Below, piece by piece: positions 1 to 9,711 of a DNA stretch of 32,864 nt (position 1 is the stretch's first letter; each line of letters starts with the position of its first letter). Made by a program: the position numbers and the translations under genes. The notes below the pieces were generated by a model. The model had not been told where the DNA came from. It was given only the letters and a program-made list of their open reading frames with translations, and made no database searches. Source of the stretch: Actinomycetota bacterium (GTDB taxonomy: Bacteria > Actinomycetota > Acidimicrobiia > Acidimicrobiales > Ilumatobacteraceae); NCBI GenBank assembly GCA_009927375.1, contig RFNE01000201.1:1-32864 (forward strand). The letters are read 5' to 3'.

Positions 1-1307
1 GAACCAAGCGTGATTGACGACGAGGTTCGAATAGCCCTCACTGCTGTCAGTAGCTCACATGCGACGACGGTCTCCACGGCATCAAGGATCTCATGCGTTG
101 CGGCAACTGAGCGTGCGGCGAACGATGCGTGATCCTCTGTTCCGATCGAAATCGTCGTGGTGTGGCGTGAGGAGGGGTCGGCGAGTGTTCGAACGGTTTC
201 GAGTGCAGATGCAGCGCAATACTCGAGCACCATCACCCCAGAGCTTCCCGAAGGACCGACGGCGAGGAAGCGTTCCAGATCCGTATATGCGGGGTCATTG
301 AGCTTGACGATGCGTGCGACGGACGAAGACATCCACTGACAGAGTGCCAAGCGCAACGTGTCGAAGGCGAGCCCCACACTCGTGAGATTGAATGCCCCGT
401 GATGCCACACCGCGCCGTGGGCAAAACGCGGATTCTCTGCGCGCGCATCGATAGCGCGATTGGTTTCGTCCTTGGCATGCCACAGCGACTCAATGAGTGG
501 TCCAAAGACGAACGGCATCACTCGATACGCAAGCGGATCCTGCGTCCGCGCTTGGACGTAGTCCGTGCCATCAAGGAGTCTGCGAATCACCGTCATGCAC
601 TCAGCGACACCATCCGATGGTCGCGTTCCCTGAGCGACTTCTGACCATTGCTGACGATTCGCTCGAATCGGAACGGTGCTCAACGTTGCCGCAACCAGAC
701 TTGCTCGTACGACCGCTTCCAGTCGATGTAGCGCATGAGCACCGAGACCGAGCGTCGGTGCGCTCGAGCTCATGAACGAAAGCGCGGCGCTCGCGTCAAC
801 GTCCTCGATGAACTTTTGCATCGTGCCATCCGACCATTGGCGTTCCCCGACGAGGCACGTGGCCAGCTCACCGAGAACAGTGATGTCACCGGTGCCGAGT
901 CCACCGAATTCGCGAAATGCAGACGTCTTGTTTGCGATCAGGGCATCAACGAGCGCGCGCACGACATCGACCCGAATCCCTGAGCCGGGTTGAGCGAGCT
1001 GATGTGCTCGTACGACCATCGCGGCGCGCGCAATTTCGTCGGAATACGGTGCGCCACCGCCTGCGGCATGCGACCGGATGAGACGCATGCCGTGACCACC
1101 ATCTGAATCATCTGCAGCGACGTTTCGATTCGCACCGACCCCCGTCGTTCGTCCGTAGGCGACGTTGTTGACGCTTGCGGCGACAGATTCATCGTGACTT
1201 CGCTGCAGCGACTGTTGAACGTCCGACGGAAGCGAAAGTTCCTCGGTCGCCGTACTCAGTTCGACGACTCGTTGGATGTCGAGTGGATCGGTCCCGAAGC
1301 GGTGCAT
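1..1307 (-). CDS. Aromatic amino acid ammonia-lyase (HAL/PAL) family protein; C-terminus cut by window edge
   Basis: Not in the ORF track because it runs off the window edge. Manual translation from ATG 1307..1305 gives MHRFGTDPLDIQRVV...VAYGRTTGVGANRN...IRSHAAGGGAPYSDE...EFGGLGTGDITVLGELA...AENPRF...SIGTEDHASF. This is collinear with histidine ammonia-lyase and open to position 1. Confidence 0.75.
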   Translation of the reverse strand, partial: MHRFGTDPLDIQRVVELSTATEELSLPSDVQQSLQRSHDESVAASVNNVAYGRTTGVGANRNVAADDSDGGHGMRLIRSHAAGGGAPYSDEIARAAMVVRAHQLAQPGSGIRVDVVRALVDALIANKTSAFREFGGLGTGDITVLGELATCLVGERQWSDGTMQKFIEDVDASAALSFMSSSAPTLGLGAHALHRLEAVVRASLVAATLSTVPIRANRQQWSEVAQGTRPSDGVAECMTVIRRLLDGTDYVQARTQDPLAYRVMPFVFGPLIESLWHAKDETNRAIDARAENPRFAHGAVWHHGAFNLTSVGLAFDTLRLALCQWMSSSVARIVKLNDPAYTDLERFLAVGPSGSSGVMVLEYCAASALETVRTLADPSSRHTTTISIGTEDHASFAARSVAATHEILDAVETVVACELLTAVRAIRTSSSITLG

Positions 1308-1311
1308 GGCG

Positions 1312-3303
1312 TTACTTTCGACTTCTCACTGGAATGGCTAGCAGATCATCTGCGATGGTCTCAAGAATGAGTTTTGCGCCGGGTTTGTAGACGTGGACTC
1401 CGTCCCATCGATACGAAAGACTTGAGGAGATCTTGGCGCTGTTGCACCACTCTCTTGGACCCTCGATGAAATACACCTGAGACGGGTACTCATCGACAAC
1501 GTTCTTGATCAGTTCATTGAGGTGCCCCGTGCGAAGGTCGTCACCACGCTCCTTCAACGCAGGAACGGGTCCACCCTTCGAGTCGACCGGGCGCATGCAT
1601 GGAATCTCAAGGACGGCCACCGCGGTCTTCGTCGCCAAGAGGGCGTCGATCCCCTTGCGTAATTGGCAGTGAACAACGTGTCGGCTGGAACCGTGTCGAG
1701 TTTGAACCTGAGTTTCCCGACTTCGATGTCCAGGACCTCCCATGCACCGATCACGACGAGTGCGACATCAGCCCGAGCGGTCGTGGCGGACTTCGCCCAC
1801 TTGGTTTCAAATCCGACGCAATTGGCGAAGTTCCGTCGGAATCGATCGTTCTTCCCACCCACACCGACACCTCGGTCGTACACGCCGCAACCGTCGATGG
1901 ACCCGTCGGCAAGATCGAACGTCTCTTCGATTCCATCCGGCCGATTCACATACAGCGAGTGCGCCTGTGAATCGCCGACGATGACCACTCGTCGCGGTAA
2001 CTTCGCCAGCGTCGTCGACGTCGTCGACACACCGGGCACGGTGGTCGGTGGGATTGTCGACGGAGCAACGAACACGACGTCGGAATTCCCCTGGTCGAGA
2101 GACACGTCGCGGCTTGAATTCCGGTGAGCTGCACGCTCGATCCGATCACGACCGCTGCAAGAACAGCGGCGATGCCGACGGACATGCGACGCTGCATTCG
2201 GGACAAGTTAGGCCACGCACTCCTCAACTTGCCAGCCGCCCCAGCACGGACTGGAAGTTCGACATACCTATAGGTCACCTCGTTGAGGAGAACCGTCACA
2301 ACTGCTGCAAGAGCGAGTTGACGGACCGACTCTCGTGCATTGAGCACGACGAAGGTCGGCCAGTGCCACAGATACAAGCCATACGAACGCTTGCCGATCG
2401 CAACGAGTAGTGGGAGCGACAATGCCTCACCGACAGTCCTGGACTTCGGCGGATCACCGCCATGATCAACACCACGGTTGCGATCGACGTCGCTGCGAGA
2501 CCGCCTCGATAGAGGGCTTCGTCCTCGACGTGCATCGTCGCCATCAGAAATCCGATCAGCGTGAGTGCACCGAGAGCGAAGATGGTCATCGCAAAGTTGG
2601 CGACTCGATGTGCGCGCGACTGGTGTTCCCGCGGGGACCACAGGAGTGCGAGGGCCGCCCCGGCAAGGATCCCCGACGACCGCGTGTGGGTACCGAGATA
2701 CAGCAGATTGGTTCGAGCCTCGTCGTCGAGAACGAACGCAAACGCGGTCAGGATCATCACGATGAGCGACAAGACGGCCGCTGTTATCCCCAGGGGGAAT
2801 CGCCGCACGTTCTTTCGACCGATGCACGCGACGAAAACGAGTGGCCAGAGGAGATACCACTGCTCCTCGACCGCCAGCGACCACAAGTGACGAAGCACGG
2901 GAAGCGAGCCCGTGCCGAAGTACGGAACGTCGACCCCGAAGATCTGCCACCAGTTCGAGACGTAGAACAAACTTGGAATCACGTCGCGACGGAACTCTGG
3001 TGCAGCATCGGTCCACACGAACGTCACTGCGACGAGGGTGACCGTCAGCATCGTCAGCAATGCAGGCATGAGTCGTCGGAACCTGCGAAGCCAGAACCCG
3101 CGAAGCGAGACTCGGCCCTTCGATATCCGTTCCTCGAGCATCAAGGTCGTGATGAGGAACCCGCTGATGACGAAGAAGATCTCGACACCGAGGAATCCGC
3201 CAGGGATGAACGTCGCCCCCGCGTGATACGCGATGACGGCACACACACTGAGTGCGCGGAGCCCATCGAGTGCGGGCACGTAGCCGAGAGATCGTGTGCT
3301 CAT
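1312..3303 (-). pseudogene. OafA/YrhL-type acyltransferase-3 + SGNH hydrolase fusion, interrupted by three frameshifts
   Basis: One gene-length unit is split over four collinear minus-strand pieces. Piece 1, 3303 to ~2435: MSTRSLGYVPALDGLRALSV...FFVISGFLIT. Piece 2, ~2435 to ~2100, in the frame of ORF 1946..3244: LSLPLLVAIGKRSYGLYLWHWP...TYRYVELP plus a TM helix. Piece 3, ~2100 to ~1660, ORF 1554..2105: RRVVIVGDSQAHS (SGNH block I). Piece 4, ~1660 to 1312, ORF 1312..1743: RWDGVHVY (SGNH block V). Confidence 0.7.
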
Positions 3304-4460
3304 TGACGGCTAGTTGTCAGCTGCCACGACGCAACGATCGCAATCAGGAACACGAGCGCTCCGAGCGAATACGGTGCGCCGATTCCAACTCGATCGAACG
3401 ACAGTCCAGCAAGCGGTGGCCCAATGACTCGTGCAAGCGCGCCTGCGGACTGTTGGAACCCGAGGACCTCGCCGCGTTGATCGGCTGGAGCAGAATTCGC
3501 GACGAGGGTCGTCAATGAAGGGTTGCTCACACCACTGCCGATGACAATCAAGGCGAGTGCAACGAAAAGCACCACCCACACTGACGCGCCACCCAGCACC
3601 CCGAGTCCACACGCCACGAGAACGAGTCCGCTTTGTAGCAATCGTGTGCTCCCGAATCGCTTGGTGAGTGGACCGATCAGCATCCCCTGCACGAGCGACA
3701 TTGCCAAACCGATTGCGAAAAAGACCGCCGCAGTTGAGCCTTCGGTGAGGTCGAAGCGTGCGCCTCCGAACAGCGAGAACGTCGCCTCAAATCCGGCGAA
3801 TGGAAGCGCAGAGAAGAATCCGATCACGATGAATCGATTCACTTGACGCACGCGGCGCGAAGGCGATCGTGGCTGCCTCACCGTCGTGGACGTCTCGGGC
3901 AGACGTATGACAGCGGCGATCGCGTTTGCTGCGGCAAGACCGGAAGCGACGAAGAACGGTACGTGGGGCCCACCGAGTGCTGCAAGACCACCGAGCGCGG
4001 GTCCAACCACGAACCCCACTCCAAAGGCCATCCCGAGTAGTCCAAGCATGCGTGCACGCTGTTCTGGCTTGCCGAGATCGACGACCGCGCTCTGCGCGAC
4101 GGCGATGCTCGCTCCCGACGCACCATCGATGATGCGACCGACGAAGAGCACCCACAGGGCTCCGGCGATGCCGGTGACGAAACTTCCGACCGCCGTTCCG
4201 ATGAGAGAAACAATGATGACTGGCTTGCGGCCGACTCGATCGGAAAGTCGACCAAGCATGGGTGCGCAGATCATCTGTGCGAGCGAGAACGACGCAAACA
4301 GCAGACCGACTTGAAGCCCACTCGCTCCGAATCGGTCGGCGTAACGACCCAAGATCGGAGCCACGATTCCGAACCCGACCATGTCGAGCGCGACAGTCGA
4401 CCAGATGACCCAGAATCCGCGGGGCAACGGCTCCCGCTCGGTGGTCGTCGTCATCGACAT
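3300..4460 (-). CDS. MFS transporter (drug:H+ antiporter-like)
   Basis: 386-aa ORF, hydrophobic throughout, with MFS motif A GRLSDRVGRKP. Its stop overlaps the downstream acyltransferase start (ATGA at 3300-3303). Confidence 0.85.
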   Translation of the reverse strand: MSMTTTTEREPLPRGFWVIWSTVALDMVGFGIVAPILGRYADRFGASGLQVGLLFASFSLAQMICAPMLGRLSDRVGRKPVIIVSLIGTAVGSFVTGIAGALWVLFVGRIIDGASGASIAVAQSAVVDLGKPEQRARMLGLLGMAFGVGFVVGPALGGLAALGGPHVPFFVASGLAAANAIAAVIRLPETSTTVRQPRSPSRRVRQVNRFIVIGFFSALPFAGFEATFSLFGGARFDLTEGSTAAVFFAIGLAMSLVQGMLIGPLTKRFGSTRLLQSGLVLVACGLGVLGGASVWVVLFVALALIVIGSGVSNPSLTTLVANSAPADQRGEVLGFQQSAGALARVIGPPLAGLSFDRVGIGAPYSLGALVFLIAIVASWQLTTSRQ

Positions 4461-4469
4461 CCCTTTGTG

Positions 4470-5840
4470 TTACGCGCGACGCACGCGAGTGCCGTCCTTG
4501 GTGGTTTCCACCACGTAGCCGGCCGATTGCAACTCACCACGAATCCGATCGGCTGCGGCAAAGTCTTTCGCGGCGCGGGCCGCATCCAACTGCCGGGCAA
4601 GATCGGCAGCAGAATCCTCAACGTCGCTTCCCGCTTGCAGGTCGAGTCCGAGTGCAGAACACATGGTCATCACTGCTGCTGCGAGTGATGCGGCGAGCGC
4701 GCGGTCACCTGAGTCAACAGCAGCGTTGGCACGTCGAACCGTGTCGAAGATCAGTGCGGTCGCACCAGGTGTGTCGAGATCGTCATCCATGACGCGTCGG
4801 AACGAAGTGAGGACGTCACCGTCGGCCGTGGCCACACCGAGCGCGGCCAGTCGGGACGCGAACGCATCGAGACCCGCGAGCGACTTCACCGACGCATCGA
4901 TGTTGTCTTGGCCAACCTTCACCGGCGACCGGTAGTGCGTCTGCAGGAGCAACATGCGATAGGCGCGCGGGTCGTAGTGCTCGATCAAGTCGAGGAGATT
5001 CGTGACGTTGCCCAAGCTCTTCGACATCTTTTCGCCCTCGGCATCGACGACGAAGCCGTTGTGCATCCAATGCTGCGCGAAGGTCTTACCGAGTGCGACC
5101 GCTTGTGCGCGCTCATTCTCGTGATGCGGAAAACGCAGGTCGGCACCACCGCAGTGCAAGTCGAAGGATTCACCCAGTAACTCGAGACTCATGACGACGC
5201 ATTCGCTGTGCCACCCAGGTCGACCCTCTCCCCACGGCGACGGCCAACTCGGTTCACCGGGCTTCGAGAACTTCCACAACGCGAAGTCTGCGGGTGTTCG
5301 CTTCTCTGCGGCACCGAGCACCTCGCGATCACCACCACCGCTCAGCATGTCTTCCAAGCTCTGATGGGCAAGGAGGCCGTAGTCGGGCACTGCGTTGACG
5401 TCGAGATACACACCATCCGACGTCGCATATGCAGCATTCCTGGACATCAAGGTGCCGATCATCTCCACCATCTGGGTGACGTACTCGGTCGCGTGCGGTA
5501 CGTCGGTCGGGCGCAACACGTTCAATTTGCGCATTGCCGTGAACCAAACGTCCTCACACTTGTGAGTGATGTCCTCCCACGGGCGACCTTCGCGATTGGC
5601 GCGGTCGATGATCTTGTCGTCGATGTCGGTGATGTTCGACACGAGCCGAACGGTGAGCCCACTCCACTCCAGGTAACGGCGAAGGATGTCGTAGACGAGG
5701 GTGGCTCGACCGTGACCGAGGTGCGGAGGGCCGTAGACCGTTGGTCCGCAGAGGTAGATCCCGATCTTTCCGGGCTCGCGTAAGTGGACCTCGCGCACCT
5801 CGCGCGTCGCAGTGTCGTAGAGGTGCAGCATTTCCGTCAT
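4470..5840 (-). CDS. cysS: Cysteine--tRNA ligase
   Basis: MLHLYDTATRE...IYLCGPTVYGPPHLGHGR (HIGH-type motif), KMSKSLGN, WHSEC. The C-terminal anticodon-domain tail DFAAADRIRGELQSAGYVVE argues for CysS rather than the MshC paralog. Start is ATG 5840 or ATG 5831; the latter aligns with the E. coli N-terminus MLKIFNTLTRQ. Confidence 0.93.
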   Translation of the reverse strand: MTEMLHLYDTATREVREVHLREPGKIGIYLCGPTVYGPPHLGHGRATLVYDILRRYLEWSGLTVRLVSNITDIDDKIIDRANREGRPWEDITHKCEDVWFTAMRKLNVLRPTDVPHATEYVTQMVEMIGTLMSRNAAYATSDGVYLDVNAVPDYGLLAHQSLEDMLSGGGDREVLGAAEKRTPADFALWKFSKPGEPSWPSPWGEGRPGWHSECVVMSLELLGESFDLHCGGADLRFPHHENERAQAVALGKTFAQHWMHNGFVVDAEGEKMSKSLGNVTNLLDLIEHYDPRAYRMLLLQTHYRSPVKVGQDNIDASVKSLAGLDAFASRLAALGVATADGDVLTSFRRVMDDDLDTPGATALIFDTVRRANAAVDSGDRALAASLAAAVMTMCSALGLDLQAGSDVEDSAADLARQLDAARAAKDFAAADRIRGELQSAGYVVETTKDGTRVRRA

Positions 5841-5896
5841 TCTAAAGGCGCATCCACACGCCAAGCCCTGCGCAAGCCCAATACAGTTGATCCGCG

Positions 5897-8458
5897 ATGA
5901 ACGTCCCCGAAAAGCCGACGCTGGAGGATCTCGAGCCTCGCCTCATGCAGCGCTGGGAAGCCGAGGGCGTCTACCGATTCGACCGCTCCGCCACCCGCGA
6001 CTCCGTCTTTGCAGTCGACACTCCTCCGCCGACGGTGTCCGGCTCTCTGCACATGGGCCACGTCTTCAGCTACACCCACACCGACACGCTCGCTCGCTTC
6101 TGGCGCATGTGTGGCAAGAGCGTCTTCTATCCGATGGGCTGGGACGACAATGGTCTCCCGACCGAACGTCGCGTACAGAACTACTTCGGCGTCTCGTGTG
6201 ATCCGTCCATCGCATACGACCCGAACTTCACACCACCATTCCGTGGTGACGTCCCGAAAGATCACCGCGCAGTGGCGATCTCGAGGCCGAATTTCATTGC
6301 GCTGTGCGAAGAACTCACCCACCAAGACGAAAAGGTGTTCGAGGATCTGTTCCGCCGACTCGGGTTGTCCGTCGACTGGTCGCTTCTGTATTCCACGATC
6401 AGTGACCATGCTCGCAAGACGAGTCAGGCGGCATTCCTTCGCAACTTGAGTCGCGGTGAGGCGTATGCGCAAGAAGCTCCGACATTGTGGGATGTCGACT
6501 TCGGCACCGCCGTCGCACAGGCAGAGCTCGAGGACCGTGAACGGCCGGGCGCGTACCACTCGATTGCGTTTTCTCGCAGCGATGGTTCAGGTGACGTGAT
6601 GATTGCAACCACTCGACCCGAACTCATTCCCTCGTGCGTCGCGCTCGTCGCGCATCCCGATGACCCCCGATATCAGCCGCTCTTCGGCAAAACCGTCAAG
6701 ACCCCGCTCTTCGGTGTCGAAGTTCCAGTGTGTGCTCACGAACTTGCACAGATCGACAAAGGAACCGGCATCGCCATGATCTGCACGTTCGGTGACCTCA
6801 CCGACGTCATCTGGTGGCGCGAACTCCAACTGCCAACGCGTGCGGTGATCGGTCGTGATGGAAGATTGGTGAAAGACACACCGGAGTGGATCACGACGAG
6901 CGCGGGCAAGGATGCTTACGCAGTGCTCGCGGGGCTCAAGGTGAATCAGGCGCAACAGAAGATCGTCGAACAACTCCGTGCCTCGGGAGAGATGCACGGC
7001 GAACCGGAAAAGATCATGCACCCGGTCAAGTTCTACGAAAAGGGTGACCGACCACTCGAGATCGTCACTTCACGCCAGTGGTACATCCGCAACGGCGGTC
7101 GCGACGAGAGCCTTCGCGCAGCACTCTTGTGCCGCGGCGGTGAGCTCGCATGGCACCCCGACTTCATGCAACACCGCTATTCGAATTGGGTCGAGGGATT
7201 GAATGGTGACTGGCTGATCTCGCGCCAGCGCTACTTCGGGGTGCCGCTCCCCCTCTGGTATCCACTCGACGCAAACGGCGAGCCGAACTTCGACAAGCCG
7301 TTGGTTCCAAACGAGTCGCAATTGCCGATCGATCCGAGCACCGACGTCCCGTCCGGCTTCACGGAGGGTCAGCGTGGTCAGGCCAACGGATTCGTCGGCG
7401 AGTCAGACGTCATGGATACATGGGCAACCTCGTCGCTCACGCCACAGATTGCTGGTCGCTGGATCGAAGACCCAGACCTTTTCGGTCGCATGTTCCCGAT
7501 GGACGTCCGACCACAAGGTCACGACATCATTCGCACCTGGTTGTTCGCCACCACGGTTCGCAGTCACTTCGAACACGACGTGATGCCGTGGCGCAATGCA
7601 GCGCTTTCTGGATGGATCCTTGATCCCGACCGCAAGAAGATGTCGAAGTCCAAGGGCAACGTCGTGACACCGATCGATCTCTTCGACCAATACGGCAGCG
7701 ACGCGGTTCGCTACTGGGCGGCAAGTGCTCGACCAGGAGTCGACACCGCCTTCAGCGAGGACCAAATGAAGGTGGGACGCAAACTTGCCACCAAGTTGCT
7801 CAATGTCACCAAGTTCGCGCTTGGAATCGGAGACGTTGACCCATCAGTCGCGCCGTCACACGCGATCGACGTTGCGATGTTGGCGCGTCTCGCCGAGGTC
7901 GTCGACGACGCAACGCGCGCGTTCGAGGGTTTCGACTATGCCCGCGCGCTCGAACGCACCGAGTCATTCTTCTGGTGGTTCTGCGACGACTACGTCGAGC
8001 TCGTCAAGACCCGTGGTTACACCGAAGGTCCGGATGCGGCGTCCGCTCGCGCCGCACTTCGTCGAGCCCTGAGCACCCTGCAGCGACTGCTCGCCCCACA
8101 CATCCCGTTTGCAACCGAAGAAGTGTGGTCGTGGTGGCAGAACGGCTCGATTCACACATCCACGTGGCCGACGCGAGGTGATCTTCTCGACGGAACATCA
8201 ACCGTCAGCGACCACAATGCGCATTTGGATGCAGTGTGTGCGGTGCTCGCAGTGATCCGCCGAACGAAGACCGAGGCTAAGGTCTCGCAACGCGCAGAAG
8301 TCGAGCATGTCTCGGTCTCCGCAACGAAAGTACAAATCGACGCCATCGAGAAGTCGCTCGAGGATCTTCGCAATGCAGGAGCGATCGCGAACATCGAGTT
8401 CCGCGTTCACGATGATGCGGTGATTACCGCAAACGTTCGTCTCGTCGAATCTGCCTAA
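5897..8458 (+). CDS. valS: Valine--tRNA ligase
   Basis: 853-aa ORF with PPPTVSGSLHMGH (HIGH), KMSKSKGNVV (KMSKS) and an editing-domain region. It is the short form without a long C-terminal coiled coil. Confidence 0.95.
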   Translation: MNVPEKPTLEDLEPRLMQRWEAEGVYRFDRSATRDSVFAVDTPPPTVSGSLHMGHVFSYTHTDTLARFWRMCGKSVFYPMGWDDNGLPTERRVQNYFGVSCDPSIAYDPNFTPPFRGDVPKDHRAVAISRPNFIALCEELTHQDEKVFEDLFRRLGLSVDWSLLYSTISDHARKTSQAAFLRNLSRGEAYAQEAPTLWDVDFGTAVAQAELEDRERPGAYHSIAFSRSDGSGDVMIATTRPELIPSCVALVAHPDDPRYQPLFGKTVKTPLFGVEVPVCAHELAQIDKGTGIAMICTFGDLTDVIWWRELQLPTRAVIGRDGRLVKDTPEWITTSAGKDAYAVLAGLKVNQAQQKIVEQLRASGEMHGEPEKIMHPVKFYEKGDRPLEIVTSRQWYIRNGGRDESLRAALLCRGGELAWHPDFMQHRYSNWVEGLNGDWLISRQRYFGVPLPLWYPLDANGEPNFDKPLVPNESQLPIDPSTDVPSGFTEGQRGQANGFVGESDVMDTWATSSLTPQIAGRWIEDPDLFGRMFPMDVRPQGHDIIRTWLFATTVRSHFEHDVMPWRNAALSGWILDPDRKKMSKSKGNVVTPIDLFDQYGSDAVRYWAASARPGVDTAFSEDQMKVGRKLATKLLNVTKFALGIGDVDPSVAPSHAIDVAMLARLAEVVDDATRAFEGFDYARALERTESFFWWFCDDYVELVKTRGYTEGPDAASARAALRRALSTLQRLLAPHIPFATEEVWSWWQNGSIHTSTWPTRGDLLDGTSTVSDHNAHLDAVCAVLAVIRRTKTEAKVSQRAEVEHVSVSATKVQIDAIEKSLEDLRNAGAIANIEFRVHDDAVITANVRLVESA

Positions 8459-8484
8459 GCAACGCCCACTACGCTGAGACAACG

Positions 8485-9711
8485 ATGAGATCGTCTCGGC
8501 GTCCGTGGTCGCACTTTGCCATTCTCGCCTTCAACATCGGCATCGCAGGCCTGCTCGTCGTCGTTGGTGTCGGCATGCTGTGGGCAGGTCAGCGCTTGAG
8601 CACGCGTCAGGTAGTGAGCATCGGACGTGACCAAAACGCGACACCGGTAGACGACGCCAACATCACTCCGTCAGAGGAATGGAACCTCACGGAGGGCGAT
8701 CTCCAGGCGAAGAACTTCCTGCTCACCGGGTCGGACAACGGAGGTTGCGTCGACCCAGACTCCCCATACGCGGGCGCATTCGGCGACCGAACGAGCTTTG
8801 GTGAGCGAAGCGACACGATCATGATCATTCGCGTCAATCCACTCGACAACCAAGCGGCCTTCCTTTCGTTTCCCCGTGACCTTTGGGTCAAGATCGCTGG
8901 GTCGACGCGATCGAACCGCATCAACACGGCCTTCGAAAGAAAGAATCCGAATCGCCTCATCAACACCATCTACGAGAACTTCGGCATCCCAATCGACCAT
9001 TACGTCAACATCGACTTCTGCGCCTTCAAGGAAATCGTTGATGCGGTGGGTGGCGTGAGCGTGCCCTTCGCATACGAGACTCGCGATCAGAAGACAGGGT
9101 TGTATGTTCCGCGAGCAATGTGCTTCCAGTTTTCCGGCGACCACGCACTCGCCTACGTGCGGTCACGATCCGGCTATTCGTACTTCGACCCCGCCAAGGG
9201 ATCGTGGGTCAAGGACGGCACGTCGGATCTCGGTCGCATCAGCAGACAACAAGACTTCATCCGCCGCGCGATGCAACGCGCGCTCGACAAGGGCTCGAGT
9301 AGCCCTCGAGTCGCCAACGAACTCTTGAACACCGGGTTGCGTAACGTCATCACCGACGACCAACTTTCCGCACTCTCCATGCTCCAATTGGCGCAGGCGA
9401 TGCGCAACATCAATACCTCCAAGATTCCCTCGTACACGATCAGCAGTGCGGGTCAAATGATCGGCGAAGAAGCAGTTCTCATCCCGAAGATTCAAAACGA
9501 CACCATGCGCCAGGTCCTCGCGCTGTTCCAAGGCAAGGCGAGCTTCGGCACGTCGAGCGCAGGCGATGAGGGAGCGCTTGCCCCAAATGCGATCTCCCTG
9601 CGCGCATTCACGACTCGCTCCTCCGCGTCACCGTCGACAACAGTTCCCGCGGTTGCGCCGGAACAAGACACGCTCGGGATCGTGCCCCCAGACGATCCGT
9701 CCTGCCGCTAG
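8485..9711 (+). CDS. LCP (LytR-CpsA-Psr) family cell-envelope glycopolymer ligase
   Basis: N-terminal TM anchor, then NFLLTGSDN...ERSDTIMIIRVNP...FPRDLWV...INTAF and DHALAYVRSR, typical of the LCP catalytic domain. Confidence 0.85.
   Translation: MRSSRRPWSHFAILAFNIGIAGLLVVVGVGMLWAGQRLSTRQVVSIGRDQNATPVDDANITPSEEWNLTEGDLQAKNFLLTGSDNGGCVDPDSPYAGAFGDRTSFGERSDTIMIIRVNPLDNQAAFLSFPRDLWVKIAGSTRSNRINTAFERKNPNRLINTIYENFGIPIDHYVNIDFCAFKEIVDAVGGVSVPFAYETRDQKTGLYVPRAMCFQFSGDHALAYVRSRSGYSYFDPAKGSWVKDGTSDLGRISRQQDFIRRAMQRALDKGSSSPRVANELLNTGLRNVITDDQLSALSMLQLAQAMRNINTSKIPSYTISSAGQMIGEEAVLIPKIQNDTMRQVLALFQGKASFGTSSAGDEGALAPNAISLRAFTTRSSASPSTTVPAVAPEQDTLGIVPPDDPSCR

Noticed and set aside
2011-2028. Tandem 9-bp duplication GTCGTCGAC x2
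   Set aside because: It encodes part of a Thr/Ser-rich linker (TTSTT) inside the OafA-like pseudogene, is in-frame neutral, and is too short to call a repeat element.
2410-3306. 298-aa plus-strand ORF, and the Arg-rich bulk of minus ORF 1946..3244
   Set aside because: The plus ORF is antisense to the acyltransferase and is Arg/Asp/Glu/His-rich junk. In the 432-aa minus ORF only a short stretch carries real homology (LSLPLLVAIGKRSYGLYLWHWP...VELPVR plus a TM helix). The rest is out-of-frame reading of the same pseudogene.
5882-5887. TANNNT-type -10 candidates close to start codons, suggesting leaderless or short-leader mRNAs: TACAGT before valS, and TATCCT at 28868-28873 on the minus strand before asd
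   Set aside because: Hexamers of this loose pattern occur by chance, no convincing -35 partners were found, and nothing can be verified without TSS data. They are not reported as features.
5837-6559. 240-aa minus-strand ORF overlapping the valS 5' region
   Set aside because: It is antisense to a valS region with unambiguous class I synthetase motifs and has no motifs of its own. It is a shadow ORF.
9708-9711. LCP and VWA genes share a CTAG in which both convergent stop codons (TAG/TAG) overlap
   Set aside because: This is a curiosity of compact gene packing, and no functional implication can be supported.
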